Origin: Mayamaea pseudoterrestris
Lineage: Eukaryota
Length of the DNA: 64,000 bases
NCBI GenBank assembly: GCA_027923505.1
Contig: BROI01000011.1
Span: forward strand, 682,001-746,000
Reading direction: 5' to 3'
This document shows positions 1 to 11,628 of this stretch, one piece after another. Below the pieces are notes generated by a model. It was not told the DNA's origin. It saw only the letters and a program-made list of their open reading frames with translations, and did no database searches. The stretch's first letter is position 1, and each line of letters opens with the position of its first letter. The position numbers and the translations under genes were made by a program.

Positions 1-1369
1 ATGCTGACTTGGGACTTGAGCATCGCGTCTTTTTTCTAGAAAAGCGCCGCAAGCGAGCATTGGAGGCAGCCAAGGAATCTCCTTCCAATAAGCGATCGTT
101 TGCAGATGACAATGATGAGCGACCGGAAAAGGGTAGAGGCGGCAAGTCATTGCGCAAGCTGCAGGAGGAGAAGGATATTAAGGAAGGTAAAAAGCATGGC
201 AACGACAAGAGTGACACGGATGTGAAGCAAGAAGTTCACGAAGGAGACCAAGGCACGGTTGAAATGGATGAGAAGGAACTCGCCTCTGAGACGGAAGAGG
301 CGGTCGAGGATGCAACAGACAAAGGAAGGGACGCTAACAAAACAGTGCCTGCATCTGCTGAAGAGGAAAAGAAAAGTGCCGAGGAAGTAGTTGACAATAC
401 GGAGGCGGTTGTTAAGCGAACAAATCCGATTTCGCTTCAGCCTGTTCCGTCTTTTTACGACCAAGACTTGAAGCGCATTCGAACGGTTCATCGCGAGCTC
501 TTGGCATCATCGATCCTATCGCATTCCCGCCAACGACTTGAATTGGTCATTCGAGACTACAATCAAGGTACGTGTTACATCAATACTGTTTCTCATTAAA
601 TTTGATACGCACTGATGGTGTTTTTTGTTGCAACGTAGCGCTTCGTTTATCGCAAGACGCTGGGCGTCGCCGTCAGCAGGCTGACTCCAAGCTTCAGCAA
701 ATTTCCTTTGAAATTAAGCGAGAGCAAGCTGAGTACGATGTAAAGTTATCAGCAGCACACGGAGAGTGGATGAAACGACTCAATACTTTTAACAATGAGA
801 AATTGAATAAGGCATTCAAGTCTCGTTGGAACCAGCAGCCGCAAGGAACAGTTTACACCAGTCACTATGGAACGCGTCCTGAACCCATTCGAAAGGAAGT
901 TGCACTTTGCGCCGCCGACCTTGTTGACGCTGTCGAGCGGATTGTTGACGGGCAGCTGGTTAATCCCGTGTTCAATGAGCGGTTTATGCCGCCTCCTAAT
1001 ACCTCGCGACTGAATGAGGTAGATGCAGCAACTGGTCAAGTTGTGGCACCACAGAAACAGCGAATTCAATCACATTACAGGAAAGAATCAGATGCGTTGG
1101 CTCAGCAGTTCCGTCAGTGCGAGGAAGAGCGCCAGCGTGCGTGGCGTCGAATGCTCAAGGTCAAATCGGAGCTAAACGTTCCGCAGCTCATCGTATCTGG
1201 CCATCGTCCGGTGCAGATGCCGGTCACTGATAGCAACTATCACATTATTGCCATGCCGAACGTTGCTGTTGCCGGTATGGAAGTTATTCCTCGGGAACTG
1301 GATGCGACTCGAGCGGTGGTTTCTAGCTACGTTCCTATGCGCCATACGCGCGGGCTCGAGCAAAGTTAA
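1..1369 (+). CDS. Hypothetical charged/coiled-coil protein, 5' part outside window; exons <1-567, 639-1369
   Basis: ORFs 9..599 and 572..1369 are joined in frame by a 71-bp intron at 568-638 (g|gtacgt...caacgtag|cg, restoring NQALRLSQ). No family recognised. Confidence 0.65.
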
Positions 1370-1432
1370 ATAAGAGGATACGATTGCTCATGATATTTAG
1401 ACTTTGTCGTATCGTCGTCATAATAACTCTCG

Positions 1433-2311
1433 TTAAAGCCGCGACATTGGTGCCTGAGTCCTGGAAGCTGCTTCTACTCGACGCGACAATTCCGCAACCA
1501 TCTCCTTTGGGACCCACGGTTCCCGATGAAGTCTCTCTCCTCCATCGACAACGAGCACAGCTCCAGTTACATAGCGTGCTGTACAAAGATACACAGCGGC
1601 GAATGCAATCTCGGTCGTTTCTCCCATGCGGCCCAAAGGAATTCTGTCTCTGAGCTGACTCGATGAGTCGTCTTCCGTCGGAGCCAATTTAGACGTTCCA
1701 GGAGTATTTGCGATAGGCCCCGGTGCAATCCCAACAACTCTAATCTTGTCAGGTCCCCATTCAATCGCAAGGCTTCTGGTCAGACTGTCGACAGCCGCTT
1801 TGGCAGCGCTTGCATGCGCTTGCCAATAGGTGGCGCCATGATGCAAGGTTGCCGAAATGTTGATTACCACACCTCCATTGCTTTCCTTCAGCAAACAAAA
1901 TGCAGCACGCGACATGTTAAAGGTTCCAAGAGCATCGATGGCCATAACTGTCGCAAAGCCTCGCGGAGAGATGTCTTGGGCGGCAGCAAGAAAGTTTCCT
2001 GCCGCTCCATTTATCAGAATATCGAGCCTCCCAAACTTGTGCTTCACGAAGTTGACAGCATGTTCGCATTGATCCGCCTCTCGTACATCGCAGACTGCAT
2101 AATTAACTACTTTTCCAGTCTCCTGCTGCAAAAGATCCGCTGCTCGCTGCAGAAATGCTTCGCGACGGCCACAAATCACAGCACCGCGGCAGCCGTGATG
2201 AAGCAATTGACGAGTAATTTCTAAGCCAATACCGGATCCTCCTCCCGTCACCAAGGCTACTTTGTCACGGAGGCAGTCAGATTTGAATGGAGAGGCCATG
2301 TTGGGCTTCAT
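1433..2311 (-). CDS. DECR2: Peroxisomal 2,4-dienoyl-CoA reductase (SDR, DECR2/SPS19 type)
   Basis: VTGGGSGIG, ILINGAAGNF, ISATLHHGATYWQAHASAAKAAVD, GIAPGPI, LVVDGG motifs; C-terminal SRL is a PTS1. Start ATG at 2311 or 2299. Confidence 0.92.
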   Translation of the reverse strand: MKPNMASPFKSDCLRDKVALVTGGGSGIGLEITRQLLHHGCRGAVICGRREAFLQRAADLLQQETGKVVNYAVCDVREADQCEHAVNFVKHKFGRLDILINGAAGNFLAAAQDISPRGFATVMAIDALGTFNMSRAAFCLLKESNGGVVINISATLHHGATYWQAHASAAKAAVDSLTRSLAIEWGPDKIRVVGIAPGPIANTPGTSKLAPTEDDSSSQLRDRIPLGRMGETTEIAFAAVYLCTARYVTGAVLVVDGGERLHREPWVPKEMVAELSRRVEAASRTQAPMSRL

Positions 2312-2389
2312 AAAAGGAGGACGACGCTTCGTTTTACTGTTAGTTTTTCGCACACTGTTGTTTCAACGTTTCTTGCTGTTCTCTTTCAC

Positions 2390-2493
2390 CTATAGTGCCA
2401 ATAACTTTGATTTTCAAAGTTTTTGGAAGTACTATTTGGGCTATAGTACCATGAAAATCAAAGTTTTGACACTACTCTTTGGAAGCCAGTACT
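2390..2493. repeat. Minisatellite family A, locus 1 (about 2 units; first unit palindromic)
   Basis: ctatagtgccaataactttga-ttt-tcaaagtttttggaagtactat then ctatagtaccatgaaaatcaaagttttgacactactcttt; the same core (tcaaagtt[a/t]ttggca[g/c]tac) occurs at 15.8 kb and 55.8 kb. Confidence 0.75.
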
Positions 2494-2743
2494 GACATGG
2501 GTAGATGACTATTTAGTACCACTGAGATTGTTGATCTTGCCGACGGATTACGCACATCAATCTGCTCGCTCCACCACGCAACGGAAACAACGGGAAATCG
2601 CTCATCAGCCATCGAGCAGCAACTTGGCGCATGATCCATTTTTGGATGCAGCCATAGGCCAGCTACACAATCTTATCTTTATATATGCCATAAGTAATTC
2701 ACGAAGCTGCTAAAGGTGTATCAGCAACCGAGGTAGTTTGACA

Positions 2744-5700
2744 ATGAAGGCAGTTTTGTCGCCTTTCCGGAAGGCTGACAAGGACCGCAAAAAACTGCCT
2801 CCGACACAAGTCGACGATCTGGAATATGATGGATTCAAGCCAACAACGACCGCCTGGGCCAGTACTTTAGCTACTAAAACCAGATTTCGAGGAACCTTTG
2901 GATCAAAAGCTAAAGCTGGTAGAGGGCCTTTCAGAGGTCTGACAGTAAAGAAGCGAATCTCTCGAATGCCAGATTTATTTGCAGCCCCAACCGTGGAAAT
3001 ACCATCACCGGAGAATAGTAATACAGATTCGAGAAAGTCAATCAGCGACAGCCCGAGTGAACGATCACAAGATCTAGAAAATTTAATCAATCCTCCTCCG
3101 CAGCAGCGACGTCTCTCTCATTTAGCGACGTCTGCCCATGAACAGGAAATCAATAAGCCCTTCAATCTACCTTCCTCCTTTGCACCATTAGTGTCTTCCC
3201 AAACGACAAGATCATCGTCAAAAGACGAGGCGAACGAAATCTCTAGTACGGAACGCATGGAAACAAATTACTTGGATGGATCTATGACTGAGGCCGAGCG
3301 CGACTCCAAGAAGTATCGCACCCGGCGCCCTCCCATTGAAGGAGACATTGCTCCTCTTTCAACCAGCCAGCATAAATCATTTTCGCATCTGGCTGCGTCT
3401 GCCCAAGATTGGAAGCTAATTGAAGGATCTACTCCAACAAAGCAGGGCAGCTTTGCCGATCTGAATGGGTCGTCGCCGTCGCGCAGTGTCGCTTCGAATC
3501 GGAAACGGGCTGTGGGAGGTTCTCCCATCTTTTCCGACTATGATGATGCTAGCGTCCAAGGCTGTCTCTCCGCTTCTCGATCAAGCAGCAGTACCTCAGG
3601 CCGTCCTATATATAGCCGGTCGCGCATATTTTCCCCAGAAGGCCCTGCCGCACCGATGCTGCCGTTTGCCTTGCCTGTCATCGATGCAGTCGCGGACAAT
3701 GCCCAGCAAACAAGTCCAACACAGAATGGAAGAGGCGTCATGGATATTGATAGCGATCGCGACTCTGACGATGACGCAAGCGATCCAGGCTCTCCCGACA
3801 CATCATTTGAGCAAGAGGGGACGGAGTCGATGCATCCTGAATATGAAGTCTCGAAACTGGTAGAGACGGAGCAGGATGTGCTTGAAAGCATGTCATCGTA
3901 TCGTCACCTCCGTTTTCTCATCAAAGCACTTCGCTCCGAAGCTAAACGAGTTCCGCCTACATTTGGAGGACGGACAAGCTGGACGGTTGCTCCCAGTGGG
4001 ATGTGGAATCCCGCCCGTCGGGTCGCCTTTTACGAGTGGGCAACGGTAAAACTTGGCTTTACATTACGCGCCATCGGTAATTCTGCTTCTTTCTTGCAGA
4101 TCTCAGCTCCAAGAGGGGCTGCAGTTTTAGAGAAACTTACCAAGGCATTGCAGGTTTATAAGGAAACGGAACTTGGAAAGAAGCGAGCCAGCGGCGCTCA
4201 TGGCAACGATCGCGTTACTTTCAACTTAATGGATCGCTTTAATGGACGACGGCCATCCATTACGCAATTAAGGTACGACGTGGATGGTTGATATCCTTGC
4301 AGGAACGTTTCTAAAAGTCTAGTCTTACATACTGTGCTCTTGCTTCAGACGACGAAGTTCAATGTCGATGCTTCCCTCGCCAATGGCCTTCACTCATCAA
4401 GCGTTTGAACACGACGACATGACGTCACTAGACTTAGCCACCAAATTACAAAATTTGTCTGTTCGTGATAACTCGCCCAAACCCAAAGATACTTTATTGC
4501 AGCCGCTGGTGCGAGCTGTGACTCTTGAGACGCATATTGATTTGTCCGCCACTGCACGGTCGTCGCTTGAGCACAGCGTCGCTGATACTCAAGATATCAT
4601 GTTCCATCTTCACGGTCGAAGCTTCGACGATGATGTTGTCTACCGTCGTCCGCCGCGCAACTCTGGTGCCAGCATGCGATCGAGTACTAGCTCACTGAGT
4701 CACCGTTCCAGTGCACCGTTTCCTGCGATTGGAGCGGCGCAGAGCTTTGAGTGCATCGAGACTCCTTGCATGGACTTGGGGAAGAATTGGGGATCATGTC
4801 CCTTTCAAGGGAGCGACTGGGGCGAATCAGATCAGTGCGAAGAAGCGACATTACAACAACTATTAGCAAGGTTTGAAGAGTCAACTCAGCAGACGGGAAT
4901 TTTGGCCGACCATCCCATTGCTGGCATAACTTCTATTTTAAACTTTGATTGCGAAATGGACTGCGAGTCGGAGCGAGTTGGCGATCTTTATGTTTCCGAA
5001 TCGCCAGAGAAGAAGGTGGCGGTTCGTTTTGATGCTGTGTCCCCTGTCCCGATAGTTGACGAAAAAGACAGACAGAAACGCCGGAAATCATTCGCCAAGC
5101 TCAGACGACTTTCTCTATGTTACCAGCAGTCACTCGGACCAAATCACCTTCTATCGCAACCGCATTCCTCACTGTTGTTCTCGGAAAGTTGTCCTATGAT
5201 GATTGATGCGATTCGCGAAAGAATTTCTTCCGAGGTGTCGACTGATTATGTTGATATGATCAACGCTGCCACGCCAAATTGGCAAGGTAAATCTTTGCCG
5301 CTGGCTGATGTCTTCGCGTTTCTCACTGAGTCTGAGTTGAAGCTTACGGCTTCCCTTGTTTCGCAATCATGGGCGGATGCTGCTGCGACGGCCCACGCCA
5401 CATTGATGACGGCTTCCGTGGGCTACTTGCTTGACCGCGACTTGGAAGAAGATGAGGCGACCGACGACGAGGATGAGGACCTACAAGCGGAACTTGACGC
5501 TAGTGTGCCTGCCATGGACTCAATTGCTCGGTCCATGGAACGTCCTTGGACTTACCTTGTCCAGACTTTCCCCTGGGGTTGTTATCTGGCAGAAGGAGGA
5601 ATGAAGAAGGTTTACAAAGCATACAATACAAGCGTCGGAGCCGAGGAAGCCATTGCTGTAATGTAAGTGTCTTTTGCTCATGTCCTCACAACGAAAGTAA

Positions 5701-7094
5701 GTCATAGCGATACTCACCATCTAAACTTTACTCGAAGGGACACCGAACATATCCGCGAGAAATCAGTTATAGCTGCCGAACTTTCTGTTTCGTCCTTATT
5801 ATCCGATCTCGTCCGCCGAAGAGTGTGCCCTAATTTTGTTCTCATTCGTGGGGTCTTTAATTGTCCACATGCACCCCCAAAGAGCCATTGGGGATCAGAA
5901 GATAAGAAAACACCAAAGGGAGTGGCATACGATCCGCTGAAACGTGGACGTTTGCCGCGCGAACCATTGCATAGATTTCCTGGGCGGTACCATTACATTC
6001 GCATGGAGCTTTGTGATGGCGGAGACGCTGAGGAATATATCAAGGCACAACCAGAAGCGGCAATACCTGGAGGTTTAGCTCAGTCTCTGCTCTTTCAAAC
6101 GGCATTTGCTCTGCATGCGGCAGCTGATCGTTGCTCGATGAAACATTACGATATCAAGCTGCTCAATCTTTTCTTACAAGGCGTACCTTCTACTGTCAAA
6201 TTGCAATCTGAGGAAGTGGTTCTGCGATACGGACTCGGATCCCACGTGTTCTCTTTGAGAATGCCCCAAAATCAGGCTCTTTTTGCGAAATTGGCAGACT
6301 ACGGGACGGCGAATGTAAAACCGGAGTCGAATGGACAGCCAATTACCATCGGCCAATTTACTACGATCGAGAACACTCCGCCAGACTTCATGATTCTTGG
6401 AGACAAGGCGACGCAGGGACACGGGCATGACAACTGGGGTTTAGGGCTTGTCATGCTCCATCTTTTTACGGGAGAGGCACCGTACGAAGAAATAATGGAT
6501 GGCGTTGTCTGTCCGCCTGCTCTGAAAAAACGACTACGCAAGATTTGGGAAGACGAAAGCGTTGAAGGATACAATGTTATTCGAACTGTTATTCTCGCCG
6601 ACGTGGAGCTTGACGAGGCAGGACATATTGTCGACGGTGAGCCCGATGACACTCCATACGATACGCTTTATCGTGCGTTGGTACTGTTTGGAATTCCAGA
6701 TGAGGCCTTTCGTCGAAAGGAGTGTCCTATGGTATGGGACGCTATAATTGATACTCTTGTTGGCAGTTCGAAAAACATGGTCAAAGGCAAGGGCCAGCCC
6801 ATGCGCCGCAAGAAAGGACCCGATTCGAACCAGTACAATGGAGATTGTCGCCAGTTTTCGATGCGTACAGGAAACAATAAATTCATCGCACGAGCGCGAG
6901 CTGCGTTGGAGCGCATGGAAGGAGGTTTGGATCTATTGTTGGGTCTCTGCAATTTCGATCCAGTCAAGCGTCTATCTGCGATGGACGCAATGAATTCGGC
7001 TTTCATGGCACCGCTTCGTGAAGTACCAGGGACGGTTTACGATACTGACGCAGTGACTGTTCACTCGTTTACGTCGTTCTCGACCAATTGCTAG
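2744..7094 (+). CDS. Large Ser/Thr protein kinase (divergent, possibly haspin-like), ~1399 aa; exons 2744-4272, 4349-5662, 5738-7094
   Basis: Introns 4273-4348 (ag|gtacga...ttcag|a) and 5663-5737 (at|gtaagt...gaag|g) join three ORFs in frame. Kinase motifs: LAEGGMKKVY, CPNFV, YIRMELC, HYDIKLLN, KLADYG, HDNWGLG, DPVKRLSA. Confidence 0.85.
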
Positions 7095-7158
7095 AAGGTC
7101 TACTAATAATAAAAAGGAATAGGCTAACGTCTTAAAACTGATTGATTGTTTAGTTATA

Positions 7159-8505
7159 CTAATAGCGCTGCAAGCAACCTGGACAATTATGAAGGTTGCC
7201 GTGCAAAAATGCGTCACAATCAACGCAAAAGTATTGTTTGCAGTCGGGGCACTGGAAACGAAGCGACTCGGTAACATTGTCAGTCATCATGCCTACATTC
7301 GCTACGGCTGCGCCAAATCGTTTTGAACATGCGAAACAATTGGCGTTTAAACTCCTCGCCGCTAGAGGAAGTTGGGCTTTTGCCAGCTCCAGGCTGCTAG
7401 CGACTGGTGGCGTGCCATCCAAGTCCATGCAGTCTTCGACTGGTCGCTCGACAAACGGCTGAACTGGAAAAAGATGATGAAACGATCTCGCCAAGTGAGG
7501 CGCAAGAACGAGCTTGAGCCCACAGACGGAGCAATCCGTTGGTAGCTCCGAATTCTTGGCTTGGCATTGAGGGCAAGTGTATGCTGTTCTCGCAATAATT
7601 GTCTTTTCTCGAGATGCATGCACCAGCGACGGTGCTTCCGACGTTCGAGTCGGAAATCCCATTTGAATCATTTCGCACTTCATCTCTTGGTCACTCCTGT
7701 GCAAGGCCGGAGGCGGAACACATTGTCCATAGAGCCACTGCTTAAAATGTGGCTTGTCAAGGCAAACACCCATGGTTCCAGCCGTTTCTTCAGCAAGCTT
7801 GCGGCAAATATGTAGCTCTGCTGTGAGAGCGAAGCAACTGACTCGGACTCGAGCTCGCTGCAGCTTAGGTAATGTCTCAGTAAGGATGAATCCAGGATCG
7901 CACGTCGACAAGGCTGCCGTCAGAACAACAATTTCTCGTGATCCATGCCTTGGCTGATGGCCTAGCGAGCGTCCGGCGACCTCAAGCCCATTCTGCAAAC
8001 TGAATTCTCCACCTCCTTGCGGACCTTCCGACGCCGCCATTTGCATGACATTCTGCAAGGCAATCTTGTGCGTCGCGCTGTTCGTACTAAGCTGCGTCAA
8101 TATTTCAGCTTCCCCATTCTTGATTATGATAATTCCCAGGTGCGACAGTGGGTTTTGGTCGAAAAAGTCTTGAACGAAATCCTGCAAAAGCATACATGCC
8201 ACATCAATCCTCATACCCGGCGGTAAGACTGGATCCTTTTGCCGCATCCATCGGCTTGCATCCGAGACAATATAGACATATCGAATCATATCTCTGACAA
8301 CTCGTTTGTTGCTCATAAAGTAGTCGTTCGTTTCCATGCGCTTGCGGCGGTGGCGAATGGCATCGGCCAGAGATCCGCCCGAGGCAAGAATGATCCGACC
8401 CTGGGCATCCTCTCGAACGGCAGATTCCCATCCATTCTCAGATTCTTCCCATATGTGAGCAGATGCAGCTTGATCAGAAGTTATGGGATTGGAAGTGGTG
8501 GCCAT
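7159..8505 (-). CDS. GTF2H2: TFIIH subunit p44 (Ssl1/GTF2H2)
   Basis: DMIRYVYIVSDAS, FFDQNPLSHLG, FSLQNGLE, LSTCDPG (VWA domain), CPQC..CSVCGLKLVLAPHLARSFHHLFP, and C-terminal CPDC..FCVDCDAFLHGNLHNCPGC. Confidence 0.95.
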   Translation of the reverse strand: MATTSNPITSDQAASAHIWEESENGWESAVREDAQGRIILASGGSLADAIRHRRKRMETNDYFMSNKRVVRDMIRYVYIVSDASRWMRQKDPVLPPGMRIDVACMLLQDFVQDFFDQNPLSHLGIIIIKNGEAEILTQLSTNSATHKIALQNVMQMAASEGPQGGGEFSLQNGLEVAGRSLGHQPRHGSREIVVLTAALSTCDPGFILTETLPKLQRARVRVSCFALTAELHICRKLAEETAGTMGVCLDKPHFKQWLYGQCVPPPALHRSDQEMKCEMIQMGFPTRTSEAPSLVHASREKTIIARTAYTCPQCQAKNSELPTDCSVCGLKLVLAPHLARSFHHLFPVQPFVERPVEDCMDLDGTPPVASSLELAKAQLPLAARSLNANCFACSKRFGAAVANVGMMTDNVTESLRFQCPDCKQYFCVDCDAFLHGNLHNCPGCLQRY

Positions 8506-8838
8506 TCTGTAACAAGTAGTATTGGACTGCTATGGATGATAAATGTGGTGTGTGATGAGGCTTCCGTCGCGCGCGACGGCGCGGCAGAAATGTCTCATGC
8601 GACAGTTTTCCAATGTCGCATTGGTTTGTGAGTTGCTTCGACCGCGACGCCGCAAAGGATCCAGACGCTCTATCGTCAACTTAAAAGTCGTCGACTGGAA
8701 GCTTCGTTACATATCATTGATTGGATTGAACATTCTCAATCATAGTTAGAATTGGAGACGCTTCATCTTCCACACGGAAACGTCACAGCTGTATCAAATC
8801 TTGTGTGTCGTTGTCGTTCCCTTCTTCCATCTTCCTCA

Positions 8839-10140
8839 ATGAAGCAGATCAACATGCCTCTCCGTCTAGTCATCGCTCTATTGATCGTCCAAGCTATCCA
8901 TGCCCTAGCCACTTCTGTGATTCCTAGCAAAACTGTTTTGGTAACTGGAGGTGCCGGCTACATTGGCTCGCACACTTGCTTGGAGCTGTTGCAGTCAGGC
9001 CGCTACAAGGTTGTCGTGGCGGACAATTTGGACAATAGCTGCGAGGAGGCTTTGGAGCGAGTCAAGGAACTGGTTGGATCAAAACATGGAAGCAATTTGC
9101 ATTTTCGGCAATGTGATATTCGTAATCGGGAAACGCTGAATGGCATTCTGAACGATTATCCGGATATATCGAGCTGCATTCACTTTGCTGGGTTGAAGGT
9201 ACGACAAATGGACTAAACAGATGAATTGGGCCATAACATGAAGAGTGCTCATCTTTTTCTTCGCAGGCCGTTGGAGAATCCGTGGCAAATCCACTCTTGT
9301 ACTATAATTGCAACGTTGGAGGAGCCGTCACTTTGCTGGAATGTCTTGCGGACCACGGCGTGAAGAACTTTGTTTTCTCCAGCTCCGCGACAGTATACGG
9401 TGAGCCAGAAATGCTGCCCATTGTCGAAGCAGCTAGACTGCAAGTGACCAATCCTTATGGACGAACCAAATGTATGTTGCAATATGCTGGGTGACGCGAA
9501 AATAAAGTTGAATCTGTTTTCATCTCATTCTGTACTTCGATCGCTCTGCGCAGTATTCATTGAGGAGATTCTTCGCGATTGCCACGCAGGCGACTCGTCG
9601 TGGAACACTTTGATCTTGCGCTACTTTAACCCCATTGGAGCACATGCAAGTGGCCGCATTGGTGAAGATCCTCAAGGCATTCCTAACAATCTCATGCCAT
9701 TCATTGCCCAAGTATGCGTTGGACGACGAGAAAAGCTCAGTGTCTTTGGAAGTGACTATGATACGCCTGATGGAACTGGCGTTCGAGACTACATTCACGT
9801 AGTTGACCTTGCCAAGGGTCACGTTGCAGCTTTGGACAAGTTATACGCTGACCGCAGCGTTGGATGTCAAGCCGTCAACCTTGGAACTGGCCAAGGCGTG
9901 TCGGTACTTGAGCTTGTCAGCGGCATGAGCAAAGTCACCGGAAAGGAGATTCCCTATGAGTTTTCACCTAGAAGACCGGGAGATGTGGCGACTGTGTATG
10001 CGGATGCTACTTTGGCGAAAGACATGCTTGGCTGGGAAGCTGAACTTGGTGTTGATGCCATGTGCGAAGATACGTGGCGATGGCAAAAGACCCATCCAAT
10101 GGGCTACAAGACGGAGGTCGCAATTGAGCAAACAAATTAA
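8839..10140 (+). CDS. GALE: UDP-glucose 4-epimerase with N-terminal signal peptide, ~383 aa; exons 8839-9198, 9267-9471, 9554-10140
   Basis: [79 protein letters not shown] introns 9199-9266 and 9472-9553 restore the frame. Confidence 0.95.
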
Positions 10141-10407
10141 TCTGAAGTATCCTTACTTGACTTTTTGTAGTAGGATATATCCGGACATGCATCACGACAT
10201 TAAATAAATTGAAACCTTGCCGCTGCGATGTAGAAGGTGTCATGGTTTTGGTGCTTGCAATGACCTCTACGTCGTTACTATGTATGACCGTCTTGTTAAT
10301 AGCTATCCCAAACACATTGCTATACTTTAGGAGAAGGCTGTCAGAGAGCCATCAATTACCACTCTATATCTCTAGCCTCTCCTTCTGTTCCATATAGACT
10401 AAAATTG

Positions 10408-10878
10408 TTGGCACCAACCCATTAAATGGTTGCTTTGAAAACCAGTGTTGTTCTGACTGTGTCTACTGTTTGACAGTCTTTGTGGGCGCGACGTCAGCCC
10501 TCCCAAACAACTAAATGCTACATGAGAGCTGAGAATGATTGTTATGCACCAATCTCACCGCATACATGTCCCCAAGCACAGCCAGAACAGAATTCATGGA
10601 ATAAGACGATGGGGGGTAGTCTTTGAAGGCCACACACTGTAGCACCATGGAGCTGGTTACTGTATAGATGTTTGCCCTCCCAAACAACTGATGCTACATG
10701 TGAACTGTGAAAGATTGTAATGCACCAATCTAACCGCATATGTGTCCTCAAGCGTAGCCACAACAGAATTCATGGAGCACGACTATTGGCACCCCAATGC
10801 CTTAAGTCAATAGTTGCTTTGAAGGCCAGTGTTGTTCTGACTGTGTCTGCAGTGTCTACTGTTTAAAAGGCTTTGTGA
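10408..10878. repeat. Degenerate tandem repeat, ~180-195 bp period, ~2.5 copies
   Basis: gccctcccaaacaact...aacagaattcatgga at 10497-10600 and 10674-10776; ttgctttgaa..ccagtgttgttctgactgtgtct at ~10430 and ~10814, with a decayed ctttgaaggcca at 10621. Confidence 0.8.
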
Positions 10879-11003
10879 AACCATTGATCCTACCACCTCC
10901 CCGCCCTGCGAATGTGTTTAAATAGTCTCATTGACATAATACGATAAACAGCAATGACACTATATAGCATCGACAAGTTGGATCCGTCTCACCGCTATTG
11001 AAC

Positions 11004-11496
11004 AATAACGATGCGATTTTCACTGACCCGGAACGGGCTCAGTGAGTTAAAAGTTTTACGCGTCCCTGCGTGCGTAACACCACTGCGACAAATGATGTCG
11101 GATAGCTACCAGTAATCACCGCAGCGACCCTGCTACGCGCCAACTGAGTATTTCATACTAGCCACTTCTCTATAAAATACCATTGCAACATCCCGCTAGT
11201 TCACGCAGGCAATAGTTGGATAGCTACCAAACCACCGCCCAGTCTGCTGCTGGCAAGTAGATCCCGCACTCCTAGCCTACATAGCGCAGGCACTAGCGCA
11301 GGACTACACCTACCCAACGCCCCTGTGCAACTTTCTTGTCCAACTGCCCATCGGTACCGGTATCCATTGCAACCGCCCACTGATCGACCTAACTATGCGT
11401 CTCACCAAATGAAGTAGCAAGCTTGCCAAAGACTGGGTACTCCAGTGCCAACGGTCGGCAGCCGGACCTCTGCTAAATTAATAACGATGCGATTTT
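11004..11496. mobile_element. Possible non-autonomous insertion bounded by 17-bp direct repeats, with a terminal hairpin
   Basis: aataacgatgcgatttt at 11004-11020 and 11480-11496; hairpin tcactgacccg-gaa-cggg(c)tcagtga at 11020-11045; no ORF inside. Confidence 0.35.
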
Positions 11497-11628
11497 TTAA
11501 GCCACGTCATCGCGGGAATTCTTGCTTCCGATCACCATGGACAACAAAGATCTCACCATGTATCAAGCAGTTGGCAAAAAGGCTCTTTGTTTAGAACAAT
11601 ACATGCACGCGTAATGAGAGGAAAGAAT

